DNA of 63,982 bases, the filler included, from Squatina squatina (lineage: Eukaryota): NCBI GenBank assembly GCA_031763465.1. It is 3 parts of 2 records of this genome, joined end to end, with 100 filler letters (N's around TTAATTAATTAA, not from the genome) between each part and the next. Parts side by side here need not be neighbours in the genome. Positions count along the whole stretch, not along the records: positions 1 to 22,594 come from JARFOE010000192.1; 2 more parts are not named here. One strand, 5' to 3'. The notes beneath the pieces were generated by a model, which was not told the DNA's origin, ran no database searches, and saw nothing but the letters and a program-made list of their open reading frames with translations. Made by a program: the position numbers and the translations under genes. Position 1 is the first letter of the stretch, and each line of letters starts with the position of its first letter. This document shows, one piece after another, positions 1 through 12,427 of this stretch.

Positions 1-3000
1 TCATTTTCATTTTTACTTTTCGCACAGATATGGCATGTTAGTCTAATAATTGAGTATTGTATGTAAAATGGGCTCCAGCTTGCATTTAAAAATAAAATTT
101 AGAAGCTTAGTGTGGAAAAATACCAGGTGTTTGATCATGAGCTCACTCACAACATCATACAATTCCAAGTATGTTTGCATCTGAAATATCAAGTCGACTG
201 TAGTGATTTAATTTGCAGAATATGGTTAAAAACACCATTAGCATTCCTGTTAAAGCTGCTCTCTTTTTCTCAGCAGCAAATAATAAATAAGTGAAACCAG
301 CAAGTTGGGGAAGAATTGTATGTATGCAAAAATTGCTGCTGGCCATTTTGCATGTTTGCTGCATACTGCTCATTTGACCGTTCCAGATCTCGTCGTCGAC
401 ATATTAGATTTTACTTCTCATTATTCATTTGAGAATTAGTGGGACTATTTAATAAGTTGTAGCAGTCCAAACCAGCACATTATGTTTAGGTGCAATGCTT
501 ATAGACACTAAATTGAAAAGGAAATGTAACTTAATGAATATAATGCACAGCAGTATGTATAGCATTGAGACATTTTTTTGCACTTATCTTCACTTTCCTG
601 AATGTTGTGATTTATTCAGGTTAGGAGAGGGATCTGTAACTGGGATGGGGAAGAGCATAGATTTTGACTGGGATGGATTGAGGATGGCCTGTAACTTGGG
701 ATTTGTGCTCCCTGTAGTTGATATTCTGGCCTCTTGCAAAGTAATGTTTGTACAGTGTTTCATTTGTACTGAATAGCCACTGAAGTAATTTAATAGAATC
801 AGCAGCTGTGTCTTTTCACTGCACTCGAATTCTTGAATGTGCGAAAGCCTTTATATTTAACGGCCAATGAAATATTCAGTAGAAAATTGAGATGTTTACT
901 CCAATGAAGTTCACAAATAATCACACTATTTCCCTTTTTATTAAAACAGATATGGGGAGCATTGTGCTGAAGTATGAACCAGATCCTTTGTAAGTTTCTC
1001 AATAAATTATTTGTTTACATTAAAAGTGTGTGTGTGAAAATAAAGGTTAAATTATGTACCTTTTTTTCCCAATTTGTTAAATTTTCTCCCCTCCTTTACT
1101 GAATTTGTGCTTGAGTGCAGTTTGCATGGTTAGCTCTCCGGTATCTTGACCGAGTCCATTCTTCATATGTCTGCTATGTAAGTGTGAGTTGTTGGCCATG
1201 AGAGGTCGTCACAGCTTGATGCCCTCACATGACATCCGTAAACACACCTTCCAGCAATTGTCAGTGGACAACAATTGGGAGCAGGGAGATTTATATTTTT
1301 ATTGTCTAATTTGAGGCCGGTTGTTATCCCACCACCCACCAGCACAGATGGAGCTTCCTGGTCTGTATCGCACACTCCCACAATGTGCAGTGCCTTTTCC
1401 TTAATGTCANNNNNNNNNNNNNNNNNNNNNNNNNNNNNNNNNNNNNNNNNNNNNNNNNNNNNNNNNNNNNNNNNNNNNNNNNNNNNNNNNNNNNNNNNNN
1501 NNNNNNNNNTAACTAGTTCCCAGGAGCCACACGAGGTCCAAGAATTCATTACAGCGAAGAGCTGGTTAAAAAGAGCATTTTTTTTCTGTCCAATGATATT
1601 TTCATCCATTCTTCTGTCTTTCTTTGCCTTTTACATGCCTCTCCAAATACGTGGTCACAAAAGAACTATACAGAGATACCAACATAAGTACGATTGATCC
1701 CACTCAGACACTTTTATTAAACTTGGTTCCTTAAAGTTTTTTCCTTTCGGTCCAAATACCCGTCACATGCTCAAAAGGCTATGCATTTGGCAAACCACAA
1801 ATAAATTAAACAAAAATAACACAAATGTCATTACCACTTGACAAAATGTAATAGCTCTTGACACAGAACAAATGACAGCAACATTCTTTCAGCAAACTAG
1901 CAACCACTGATTCCTTAAACATGCAGATACAGTAGGAATTGAAACATCTGAATCATTTAAGACACTTATTTAATGCAGGATTTTGAAACATCACTGCAGT
2001 GTCTTAAAGCTACTCGTCTACAATCTATCATGAGCATGTTGCTTTCCTTACTCCCACACATACTTGATGTACAATTCTACTATTAACCCTGGCATTATTT
2101 ACCACACGGGCATATTAACCCTGTGAGATGTTGGTTTGAATGACAGAGGTGACTCCCCCTGCTAAAGACTGTTTTCATAAATAATGTACAGTAACGCCAA
2201 TCAATAATGATGCTAAAACACGTTAACCCTCTTACTTTCGTCTCACTGGATTTGAAGTTAGAACAGTTCACTTTCATTGATCAATAACCAGCTACATGAC
2301 ATGTAGAATTTTAATTTTAGCCACGATAGAGCACAGCTCCACAGAAATTACAATCTTCAAGTTGCATTGACCATTGACCTGTGAAAAACAGCACAGCAAA
2401 ATTTCAACCGATGCTTGCCACCTGGGTATTAAATAATTACTGCTTCATTTAAATTTAAATTAGTGGAATGGCTGAATGGAACATATGATACCATCTGTTT
2501 ATCATTAGCATGGAGAGAAGCATACTAAAGTGTAGTAGGATGGGCAAATGATGCAAACACAATGAAGCACAACCAAATTCAGATGAACTCAATCCCAGCG
2601 AAGAAACAGGTCTCCCCCAAAAAAATCCCTTTAGGCATTTATCCGTAAACATCTCTCTTTCATAAATAACGTAAATGTCTCCTTCGTATCGCCATATCTA
2701 ATTGAAGCTGAAATAGAAAGAATGGATCGTACACAGCACTGAGAAGATGAAAGTGTTTTGGAGTTGAAAACTTGAGTCAAGGAAAATAAAGTGAAAAATG
2801 GACGCCCCACTCGCAGGTGGAGTGAGGGNNNNNNNNNNNNNNNNNNNNNNNNNNNNNNNNNNNNNNNNNNNNNNNNNNNNNNNNNNNNNNNNNNNNNNNN
2901 NNNNNNNNNNNNNNNNNNNNNNNNNNNNGCTGTATTAGCACAGTAAATGGTGTCAACTACTGTACTTTTGCTAATTTAATGAGGTTGAATAATTGGCATT

Positions 3001-3910
3001 AGTTATTCACAACAAACTAATAAAAATTGGCATTTGCCACATTCTATTAAGCTAATAGAAATTACATGCTATCTGATTGATTTGTACCTTTTGACCAAAA
3101 CAGTCATATTTTACAACTAGTCATTTGTGATTCCTCTAAAATTTGCAGTTATAAATATCCCAGAGTTATACTGCATATTGTTGCTGACTTCAGTAGGAAA
3201 AACAAAATGTCATTGGCTAAAATCGACTGGTTCCATTTTAAGTCACTAGTACTCCTACTTTTGCTTCATGTTGAACTAGTGAGTTACCCAAGTTATATTT
3301 AAGTAAGCCCTTGGCTATGTTTAGACATTTATTAAATCACAGAAATTAATAAGATATTAAACATTTTTCACATATATGATTGCAATTATACATCTGAAAT
3401 GTAATTCATGGTGTTTGGGATGGGTGATACAATGTAAAACTACATTAAATGTTTTTCCATTGCAATGTTGCTGTTATTTACTTACTAAGATAGATATTAC
3501 TGCAAGCTGATTGTATTTTTCACTGATACAACAGCTTGCACTCTTAACACAAAAAAACTCAAGACTGCTCACAGATAAGTAAGTGCAAGGAAACCAATGC
3601 TGAGCCAGGATAGAAGAAATTAGGAGGGATGAACAAAAACTTGGTTGAAGATGGGTTTTGAGGCGTTTTTACAGGAGCAATGAGAAGTACACAGCCAGAA
3701 GGGTTTAGGGAGGGGCATCCAATGAGAAGTACTGAATTGCACATCTCAGATTATACTGGATTCAGCTTTCCTTACCCTTTNNNNNNNNNNNNNNNNNNNN
3801 NNNNNNNNNNNNNNNNNNNNNNNNNNNNNNNNNNNNNNNNNNNNNNNNNNNNNNNNNNNNNNNNNNNNNNNNNNNNNNNNNNNNNNNNNNNNNNNNNNNN
3901 NNNNNNNNNN

Positions 3911-4139
3911 CCATTTGCCTTCTTAACCGCCTGCTGCACCTGCATGCTTACTTTCAGCGACTGGTGTACAAGGACACCCAGGTCTCGCTGCACCTCCCCC
4001 TTTCCTAATCTACTGCCGTTCAGATAATTTGCCTTCCTGTTTTTGCCACCAAAGTGGATAACCTCACATTTATCCACATTATATAGCATCTGCCATGCAT
4101 TTGCCCACTCACTCAACCTGTCCAAATCATACTGGAGCA
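3911..4139 (-). mobile_element. CR1 LINE ORF2 (reverse transcriptase C-terminal) fragment
   Basis: LQYDLDRLSEWANAWQMLYNVDKCEVIHFGGKNRK...VQRDLGVLVHQSLKVSMQVQQAVKKAN is a typical CR1 RT/thumb region. Confidence 0.9.
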
Positions 4140-4535
4140 ATAGCTATTGTGACCAAATCCAGTATAAAATACAGTCCAATAAGTGTTCATTATATTAAAA
4201 TGTCGGCACCGTGAAGCAATACTTGGTGCCTAGTTGCTTCCTATTAAAATTATCAATATCTTTACATCACTGATCAAAGCATGTGGGAATCTGGCAAAAT
4301 CTTGAGTATCTGGCATGAGGTCAATGTTGACGCCTGAAAGTCTGCTGGTTGATAAACAGCATGACACTGAGTATGTATAAATAATATTTTAATATGAAAA
4401 TACATCTGAGTAATAATGGGGCAAAAATAAACAGATGGAAGGTGTTCAGTTTCTTTAGTTTTAATTATATCCATCATAACATGTACTTATTACTTGCGGT
4501 GGAGAGATAGATATTCGTATTATGCCAGCCCTTAC

Positions 4536-4889
4536 CTGCCCCTTGACCAGACTGGCTGCGAACTGCCTCATGACCGCCTCCACGGTGTCGGCACTGGACC
4601 AACCCCGCGGAGTTAGCAGCTCCAGGCAAATCGCCCCTCCGTCCAGCACGTAGCCGTTCTCCAGCCGGGGGCTGAGCACCCTCATGAAGGGCGGCGAGAA
4701 GGGGAAGTTATCCGGGAAGTTGAGGTTGAGCAGGATGCAGTCGGTGCTGGTCTCCTTCATGTCCTGCCACAGCGCCGAGTCCTTGTCCACCTGCAGCAGC
4801 TTGACGTTCCACTCGAAGAGGTTGTCCTCCACCAGCTCCACGCTGATGAAGTGGTCGGTCAGTTTGCGGATGTCCTGCAGCTCCTTCAT
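4536..4889 (-). CDS. UBE2QL1: Ubiquitin-conjugating enzyme E2Q family-like 1, first coding exon (UBC domain); the second coding exon was not found and is probably in a gap
   Basis: Translation MKELQDIRKLTDHFISVELVEDNLFEWNVKLLQVDKDSALWQDMKETSTDCILLNLNFPDNFPFSPPFMRVLSPRLENGYVLDGGAICLELLTPRGWSS...FAASLVKGQ matches vertebrate UBE2QL1, including the catalytic Cys. The exon ends at a CAG|GTAAG donor at 4536/4535, is GC/CpG-rich, and is syntenic with MED10 and ICE1. The frame stays open upstream to about 5165. Confidence 0.93.
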
Positions 4890-5311
4890 GAGCCTGCGGC
4901 TGCGGACCTGGGCGCAGTGCTGCTTGTTGGGGGGTTGGCCGGGGATGGAGCTGCTGCTGCTGGCCGGGGGCACCTTGCTGCCAGCCTGCTGCTTGTCCTT
5001 GTTGCTGTCCTTGGTGGAGGGGGGCTGCTCGGACCTCTTGTGGTTGTATTGCTGTTGGTGGTTGCTGTGGTAGTGGTGGTGGTGGCCCACCAGAGCAGGA
5101 CCTGTGTGAGCCTGAGCACTGAGAGCCAAGCCCAGACAGGGGACTGCATGCACTGAACAGGGACTGTGTCAGTTAGGGCTGAGTGAAGTGAACAGGGACT
5201 GTGTATCAGCTNNNNNNNNNNNNNNNNNNNNNNNNNNNNNNNNNNNNNNNNNNNNNNNNNNNNNNNNNNNNNNNNNNNNNNNNNNNNNNNNNNNNNNNNN
5301 NNNNNNNNNNN

Positions 5312-5360
5312 CAGGTTCGAAGGGCGGAATGGCCTACTCCTGCTCCTATCTTCTATGTGT
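5312..5360 (+). repeat. CR1-type 3' end fragment
   Basis: ggttcgaagggcggaatggcctactcctgctcctat..ctatgt, shared with several other copies in the window. Confidence 0.75.
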
Positions 5361-5482
5361 CTGTGTCTATCAAGCAATCAATATGGTTTCCCTCAGAAGA
5401 CTTCTGAAATAACTTTTATACAAATTCTTGATAAAGTACGATCATCTTGTCAATAAAAGCACAACTTTCTTTTAATCTCCAG

Positions 5483-5566
5483 AAATTCTATGATTACGGG
5501 GCTGCAAGATGTTGACAAATGCCGACAACAGCTGCATGATATTAATGTACCACTGGAAGTATTTGA
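5483..5566 (+). CDS. MED10: Mediator subunit 10, internal 84-nt exon (exon 2); not in the ORF track
   Basis: tctccAG|A AAT TCT ATG ATT ACG GGG CTG CAA GAT GTT GAC AAA TGC CGA CAA CAG CTG CAT GAT ATT AAT GTA CCA CTG GAA GTA TTT GA|GTAAGT = NSMITGLQDVDKCRQQLHDINVPLEVFE, matching MED10 (NFIVTGLQDIDKCRQQLHDITVPLEVFE). It lies head-to-head with UBE2QL1, as in other vertebrates. Confidence 0.93.
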
Positions 5567-6381
5567 GTAAGTATTAATTGTGGCTTATAGTTTAAGACAA
5601 AAGTTAAGAAATTCTGACACACAACTAGTTTTATTTGATTACAGCACAGCATGGTAGTGTTCACTCAGCTGGATGTATGAACCAAATAACTGTACTTCTA
5701 CAATGCATTGTTGTATTATGGAGATGCATTTTCATTTGGTAGTGCCTTTACAAATAAACAAGTCATTCACAAGTGAAAGCTATTGAAGTATTTGTAGCAG
5801 TTACTACAATTATATTAAATCTTTGCTGTTTTAGGCTGAATTTATATGTGAACTGTAGCATTGGTGCAAAGCCTATGTACTTTGCTCTAATTAAGTTGTA
5901 CTATAAATCCAGAATCAAAGATCATCTTCATTCCAGTGAAAGTAACATTCCCCGAAGAAGTCCATATTAGCATCATTGTGAAATTGTAGTGTAAATACAC
6001 CTTGGTTTAGGTTGGAGCTCTTAAATTCTTCCAATCTATTGTCACTCTGAAGAGGGAATCAGTCTTACAGTGGGCATGTCTGCCAAAGCATCTCAAGAAA
6101 CCTTTGAACAGCTGGTGACTAGTAAGCTTGTTCAGTGAGTTTGAATTTCCAAACAGGATGTATGGTGGAGGAGGAGCTTGCAAGATGGTATGTTTACAAA
6201 TTAGAATCAATTAAAAAAAAAAGTAACCTAAACATAGAGCCTTCCATGCTCCTTCTGACCCCACATTAAAACTGTGGGGTGTTCCTGGACACTGCTCTTC
6301 CCTCTCCTGAGTATCTCCCCCTTGCCCCCACCCCTTCCAGGACTTATCTTGTTCTTGGCTAGCGTCTTATATTTCACTCTG

Positions 6382-6476
6382 AGAACATAAGAACATAAGA
6401 AATAGAAGCAGCAGTAGGCCATTCGGCCCCTCGAGCCTGCTCCACCATTCAATAAGATCATGGCTGATCTTCTACC
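6382..6476 (-). repeat. CR1-type 3' end with (AACATAAG)n tail
   Basis: agaacataagaacataagaaatagaagcagcagtaggccattcggcccctcgagcc is the reverse complement of the motif at 28930-29010. Confidence 0.8.
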
Positions 6477-8669
6477 NNNNNNNNNNNNNNNNNNNNNNNN
6501 NNNNNNNNNNNNNNNNNNNNNNNNNNNNNNNNNNNNNNNNNNNNNNNNNNNNNNNNNNNNNNNNNNNNNNNNNNNNCTCCCTGACCTTGACATCTTTCCA
6601 AAGTAGAGCATATCTCCTGTTCTTTATTCTGTTCTGATGCTATTTATAACCAAATAGAATAATTATTTTTTTCTTCTTTCTCCTCTGCGCCAAACATATA
6701 ATGCCAATCGTATAAAAAGCTGTTATAATTAACTCTGGTAGGTATGGTTATTATTTTGCATTAATAGTGAATAGCTACAGAACACTGTTCAGCATAATAG
6801 CTTTCATACTTCGTTACTGCATCACTAAAAATGCTATGGGTGGAGGAGGGTGGGGACAGGGTGCAACCAGAAAGGCTGTGTAGGCAGATTTATAACCAGT
6901 TTTGAAAAAGAATCTAGCCCATCATTCTCCATCATAATTGACACAGATAAGTCCTGTTGACATATCAATGTTTCCTTCAGCAGAAAAACAAGACATCTAA
7001 TTAGAATAAAGCTGCAATGAAAGGGATTTTGAGGCTCAACTTCATATTTTGTAGTTTTAACGACTATCAGCACATATTGTAATAATGCATGGTGTAATCC
7101 TATAAGCAGATGAAAATCTTATCATCCTCAGTCTTTTTTTGTTATTAAGTTCAATGAAGATGGTTCAAAAACCTTAGAGTTTTTCTGTGTATTTCTTCCA
7201 TTCTTTTGTATACTCCATCATTATTTCTTCAGATGAACTTAAAAGTGAGCAGAAATGTTCATCAGATTTTATTTATATTTTTGCCAGGAGGCTTGTTTTA
7301 ATGAATTTTCCACTTCTAAACCTTACATCCTGTTTTGAACCATTACATTCAGCAGCTGAAGGCATTAATCTGCTTATCAGGAGCTGTACACCTACGTTAA
7401 TAATTAATGAAAGAAGCATGAAATGAGTTTCAACTGGTTTGTAGCAGTACCCGTGTCAAGATTTTGAATGATTGCATCAAGTAAATCACAGCTTTCTGTT
7501 AGCTCAAACCTGTTACCTCTAGTAAAGGCATTTTATAGAAACAAATAATGATATGATTAAAAGAGAATTCTAAAAGCTTGAGTTAACATAGTGATTGATG
7601 ATTCCAGAAAATTCTTATTTAGATTGCAGGTTCTGAAGCATTTACTTAAAGCTGCATTGTGACCTGGTGTTTGACAGTCGATCACCAGATGCTGTGTTTT
7701 TTAACATTTAAATAAAATTAGGACCTTTTGAAAAATTCCGTTCCAAAATGTTGCATTGCAGATATTATGTGACAACAGTTGAAATGAGATTGTGTCCGAC
7801 CACAATGGTTGACTTGTATTCAACATTGTGAGAGCAAGACTGAGATACATGCTGCAATTTGAATTTTGTGCCCCAACCTGATAGAAGTTTATTTTTACAG
7901 CACACATTTCAGTGCTGGTTAGTAATGTCACAATTTGGATTCTACTAAATCATTCTTTACCTGTTGCTTCTAGAGTTAAATTCTAGAATTCAACTCACAT
8001 TGACCACTCGCATTCACAGTGAATAGAAGGGATAATGCACTTCAGCCTGGAACAGTGAGTACATCGGTCACTGGCATGCCTGCAGATACAGTGCAGGCTC
8101 ACCCCTGTGGGCACATGTCCTTAACAAGGTGGGCTCAGGAACCTGTACAAGTCTTGGGGTGCCCAATTGGCATTTTTATAGCTGGTGGCTATATGGGGCC
8201 AATAGGCGTAATTTTAGTGCCCTAATAGAGCTGTCCCTTTAAGTCAGGGCATTGGCGTCTTAGAAAATTTCTTGGCACCACAAAATAAAACCTATGTTCA
8301 AAACTGGCTCTTAGGTTTTTTCAGCTGCCCAATTGTTGGTCCGATGTAAGGAGCTGCTATCAGGTCTCAGCCCACCTCAGCNNNNNNNNNNNNNNNNNNN
8401 NNNNNNNNNNNNNNNNNNNNNNNNNNNNNNNNNNNNNNNNNNNNNNNNNNNNNNNNNNNNNNNNNNNNNNNNNNNNNNNNNAATCAGTACTTGTTAAAAA
8501 GATAATGGCAAACTAAACATGCACAAATGCTGTTTCTGTTAGATACTGCCACTTTGTTACTTTACTCTGCTTCTCATTTCTCATTACTAATTATGTGTTA
8601 TTTTAGCATGTTTTGTGTTACGACTGAAGTTATTTGCTTGTATTTTTATTTACCTAATATTTGCTATTT

Positions 8670-8770
8670 GTAGGGCAGGAGGAGGCTTGTGGGGAGCATA
8701 AACGCCAGCATAGACCAGTTGGGCTAAATGGCCTGTTTCTGTGCTGTAATTTCTATGTGATTCTATGTAA
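8670..8770 (+). repeat. CR1-type 3' end with TTCTATG tail
   Basis: gcatagaccagttgggctaaatggcctgtttctgtgctgtaatttctatgtgattctatg. Confidence 0.7.
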
Positions 8771-9378
8771 ATATAATGGTGAACATCTAATATAAGCAGG
8801 CATTATAGTATTCCCCACTAAAAGTAAATTTTACTTCAGGTGTTAAGCAACTACTTACTGCACAGAAACTAAGTGCAACCACAGGAGGGGCACATGGTCA
8901 GTGGAAATGTAATAGATTACTGATAGATCTCCTGCCGCATTGTTTACAGTGAGTCGGATAATATCTGATTTTACAACATTAGATGTGACTACACCGTGTA
9001 AGAGTTACCATTAGGACTACCTTTTACAGTGATCAAATACAGTGGACAAAATGGCAACAAATGAGTGATACTCAAAATCCCTCACCACTGCTGCCAAGAA
9101 GATACTGAAATATATGGAGCACACATGCTTTCCTATGACCCTGCCACTCGTGTAAAAAGATGTCTGCGGACAAGACCTTTGTGTCCTTGTAAGATCCAGG
9201 GGATATCCTACTAAGGGAAAAATTACAAAAATAAAGTCCTTTTTGAAAGGAAAACCTTGCCAAGTATATTCGCTCCAACCTGATAGGAATGGTGTTGCCA
9301 TACTGAGCAATTTTTAACCGACAGTTTAAGGAATGGTGAGGAATAGCCTTGTTGAAACAATCTACTGTAAGTTGACCA

Positions 9379-9846
9379 GGGTAGATTTTGACTTTTATGC
9401 GGCCGAATGGCAGAATGCGCTGGTCGGCCGCCCATTCCAGAGGCGACGAGGCCCCGTGATTTTGAGGCTGCGGCCTCATTTAAATTCACCAAATGATCTG
9501 CAGGGCGCCAAGCAGTGGCCCACGTTCCTGCCCCTCCGGGACCCACAAAAACAATTTGAGACTTACCTTTGGTGAGCCTCTTTTCTGCAATCGTTCACAG
9601 AACTGATCGGAGCCTGTATTGCGTAGGCTTGAACCAGTTCCTACCTAAAATGGTCATAGGACTCCTATTTCCAGATTAAAAGGGTCTATCACTTGCAATA
9701 GGCAGGAGTTTAAACATCTGGTGGTAGACCTCTCTGAAAATGGAGCTGTCCAGATCACCTGTGTCAATGAGGCGATAAGGCTACCGACCCCATTTTCAGG
9801 CCTTTACTGTCCCATTAATGGAAGCGAAGGTAGTCAAAATTGACCC
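9379..9846. mobile_element. Non-autonomous DNA transposon/MITE with imperfect TIRs
   Basis: Left end GGGTAGATTTTGACT, right end AGTCAAAATTGACCC (reverse complement GGGTCAATTTTGACT); GC-richer interior. Confidence 0.6.
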
Positions 9847-12178
9847 ACAGTGTTACTCAATGACAGAGCTTTCCATTGCATAAGATTCAATATTCTTTGC
9901 AGTAGAAACTTTAAAAATACATTTATTTGAGCTATAATAAAAATGATTAATACATGGTGCCAGGCACAACTCCGCCAACATTAAAGTCGCAACAGCATGA
10001 CCTTCTCTCTATACAAACAACGTTGTTCTCCTGCATTAACCCTCACTCATTCAGAATGACTAGAAATTGTAATCACATAATACCCTGAAGCACTTTCTAA
10101 CAGTCACACAAATTAATATGTGCATACTAATTACATATTAGCTCACATTGCAGGATTCTAAAATAGGTACACTCGTTAACAGACAGACATACTTGGCTTT
10201 TTCTGGATACTGACAGTAACACAGGTAACTCACTGCATAGCCTGAAAACTAGAGAAGCCATGCTACAAAATCACTCGGTAAAAAAGAGTTAACCTACAGC
10301 AGCATATAGCTGAAATATGGTATTGGAGGTCAGGATAGTGCTTCCCAAAGAAAAAGATCAGTTTGCATGCAGGAATNNNNNNNNNNNNNNNNNNNNNNNN
10401 NNNNNNNNNNNNNNNNNNNNNNNNNNNNNNNNNNNNNNNNNNNNNNNNNNNNNNNNNNNNNNNNNNNNNNNNNNNNCACTCAATATGAAAAAGATCAGCC
10501 GGAGTGTAACTTGGGCTGCCGATTCGCTATTGCCCCTTTTGTGCTACCGTCCAATATGAAATCCACTACACCCCCCCACCCCGACTGTATCCTTACAAAG
10601 CAAAAGTAGCCAATAAATGACTGTGAAGGATATATATTTAAGCAGAAGTTCAAACTGTACTTTATCCTTCTGCTGAAGGCAATTAATCAGCCAGTGGGTT
10701 GTGCACTTAAAGGATCAATTACACCAGGTTATTTTTCTTTCTGTTTTCTCTTATTTTAATTTATATCTTTAACGTTGCCTTAGAAATGAGTGGGTGGGCG
10801 TTGCTCTGTAAAGCCTCAGTAATATGTAATCAGTCTTTATAATTGGAAAGTTGGTAACATCCGACCTCTTCAGTTTCAGAATTGTGATGTCTTTGACCTA
10901 TTTTTTCAATGTTCTAGCTTTGTCAGTCAGATTTTTTTAAAGATTAAATGTTGGCTCTTTATATTTCTGCATTTGCTGTCCATTTGGTTTTGAACAGTAC
11001 TAATTTTGAAATACCCTCAGCAAATGGCCGACAAGTACCTGACAGCTGGTGCAGTGCTGATTTGATGAGAGGCCCAGCAGCAGCAATGAGCTGACTGGGT
11101 AAACATTCAACCCCCAAGGACTAATGCAACCAGGGGTTTTCAGCTCCTGCAGAAAGCCAGAAGCTCGTTAGGGATTGGTGCATGTCTCCTCGAGGGACTG
11201 CAGCCTTTCTAAAGTGTCTGGCTCACAGTCACGTATTTTCTCCTGAGGTGTATCATTGTCATGCCCAATAAGGTCAGATTTGCAAAGAAGGCTTTCATGT
11301 GAGTGATCTTTTTATAATTGAAGTAATTCCTGAAGAGAGCTTTACATTTTAATTATATACAGGGACCCATTTGTTTTATACATAAATGTAGACTGATAAT
11401 AATCTTTAGCATAATTAACCATCTGTGCTCCTCATTTTAAATAATACTCCAAAATGGCCTTTTTAAAAGAAAATGATGAGCTAAACAAAACACCAGTGAT
11501 AGTACAAGGGTAGAGTTAAACTAGCACTCTAGAGGGGATTGGGTTTGGATGAATGCGTCACAATATTATCCTTTACCTTAGAGACCTGAATTTAAATCCA
11601 GTCCAGACTCCTCTTGCTAACATCTGAAACAAATTGATAGCAGTCATTGCACAGTTACTGGTGGGCCTGGGTTTGCAGTAAAATACACATAATTCAGCTT
11701 AACTGGCACTAAATTGTCAATCCACTTAAATACCACAAAAATAAATAATCTGAAAAAAATTCCCACAGCTGCAGTAAGGTGGAAACATATCCATTCTGTA
11801 GTTTGGACCTTTGAGCACAAAGATCAACAAAGCATTTCTATTTCAATATTGAATACCTCACTAATGATGCGAGTTCTTTCACATGAATGTAAAAGCTTCC
11901 ATTGCATACAGCTGCATGGCAGATTTAGAAAAACAAATCACACTAACTATGGAAGACCAGTGTGCAGTGTTTTGTGCATATATTTGAATACCGTGTGTGG
12001 AGCCCTTGCAACTTCCTAATGATGCAAGCAGCGACTGAATCCTGGCTCTTCTTTCTTTCAAATTTCCCTGCACTACATTCTTTTCCTCCTGTCAATTTTC
12101 TCCCCTCCCCACTTGATGACACTGATTCAGGCTGGGGTATAAGGGCAAACTGGCGAAGTTATGTTCCCGGCGCAGAGT

Positions 12179-12427
12179 TGTAAGTGGTTTTCTCGGGCAC
12201 CTCTTACTACAAGTTCTGGGCGATAGTTATGGACAGATCAGACTCGGACACACGTTTTTCGGGCTCAACCGTATTGTGTGTAATAAGATTAACAATAACA
12301 CTCGTAAACAGTACAAGACAGTACAACCCTGGCTTGTCCAACAGACCCTTCCGTGCTAAATTACCACGGCCTAATAAAAGAACCCTCCTGTGAAATAAAC
12401 TAACACAGGACCCCCAGCACTAAACCC
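12179..12427. mobile_element. Possible LTR fragment
   Basis: Begins TGTAAG, has CpG-richer composition and interrupts another old repeat; truncated by a gap. Confidence 0.35.

Noticed and set aside
1163-1697. ORFs of 140-148 aa spanning an N gap
   Set aside because: Their length is inflated by X residues, and the flanking sequence looks like an old repeat and UTR-like DNA. The same applies to most gap-spanning ORFs in the track.
1713-1718. AATAAA on the minus strand as the UBE2QL1 poly(A) signal
   Set aside because: Plausible, but the last coding exon is missing and the hexamer is common in AT-rich DNA, so it cannot be supported.
4684-5156. Plus-strand ORFs (129 aa and 101 aa) overlapping UBE2QL1
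   Set aside because: These are antisense shadows of a GC-rich coding exon with no independent protein features.
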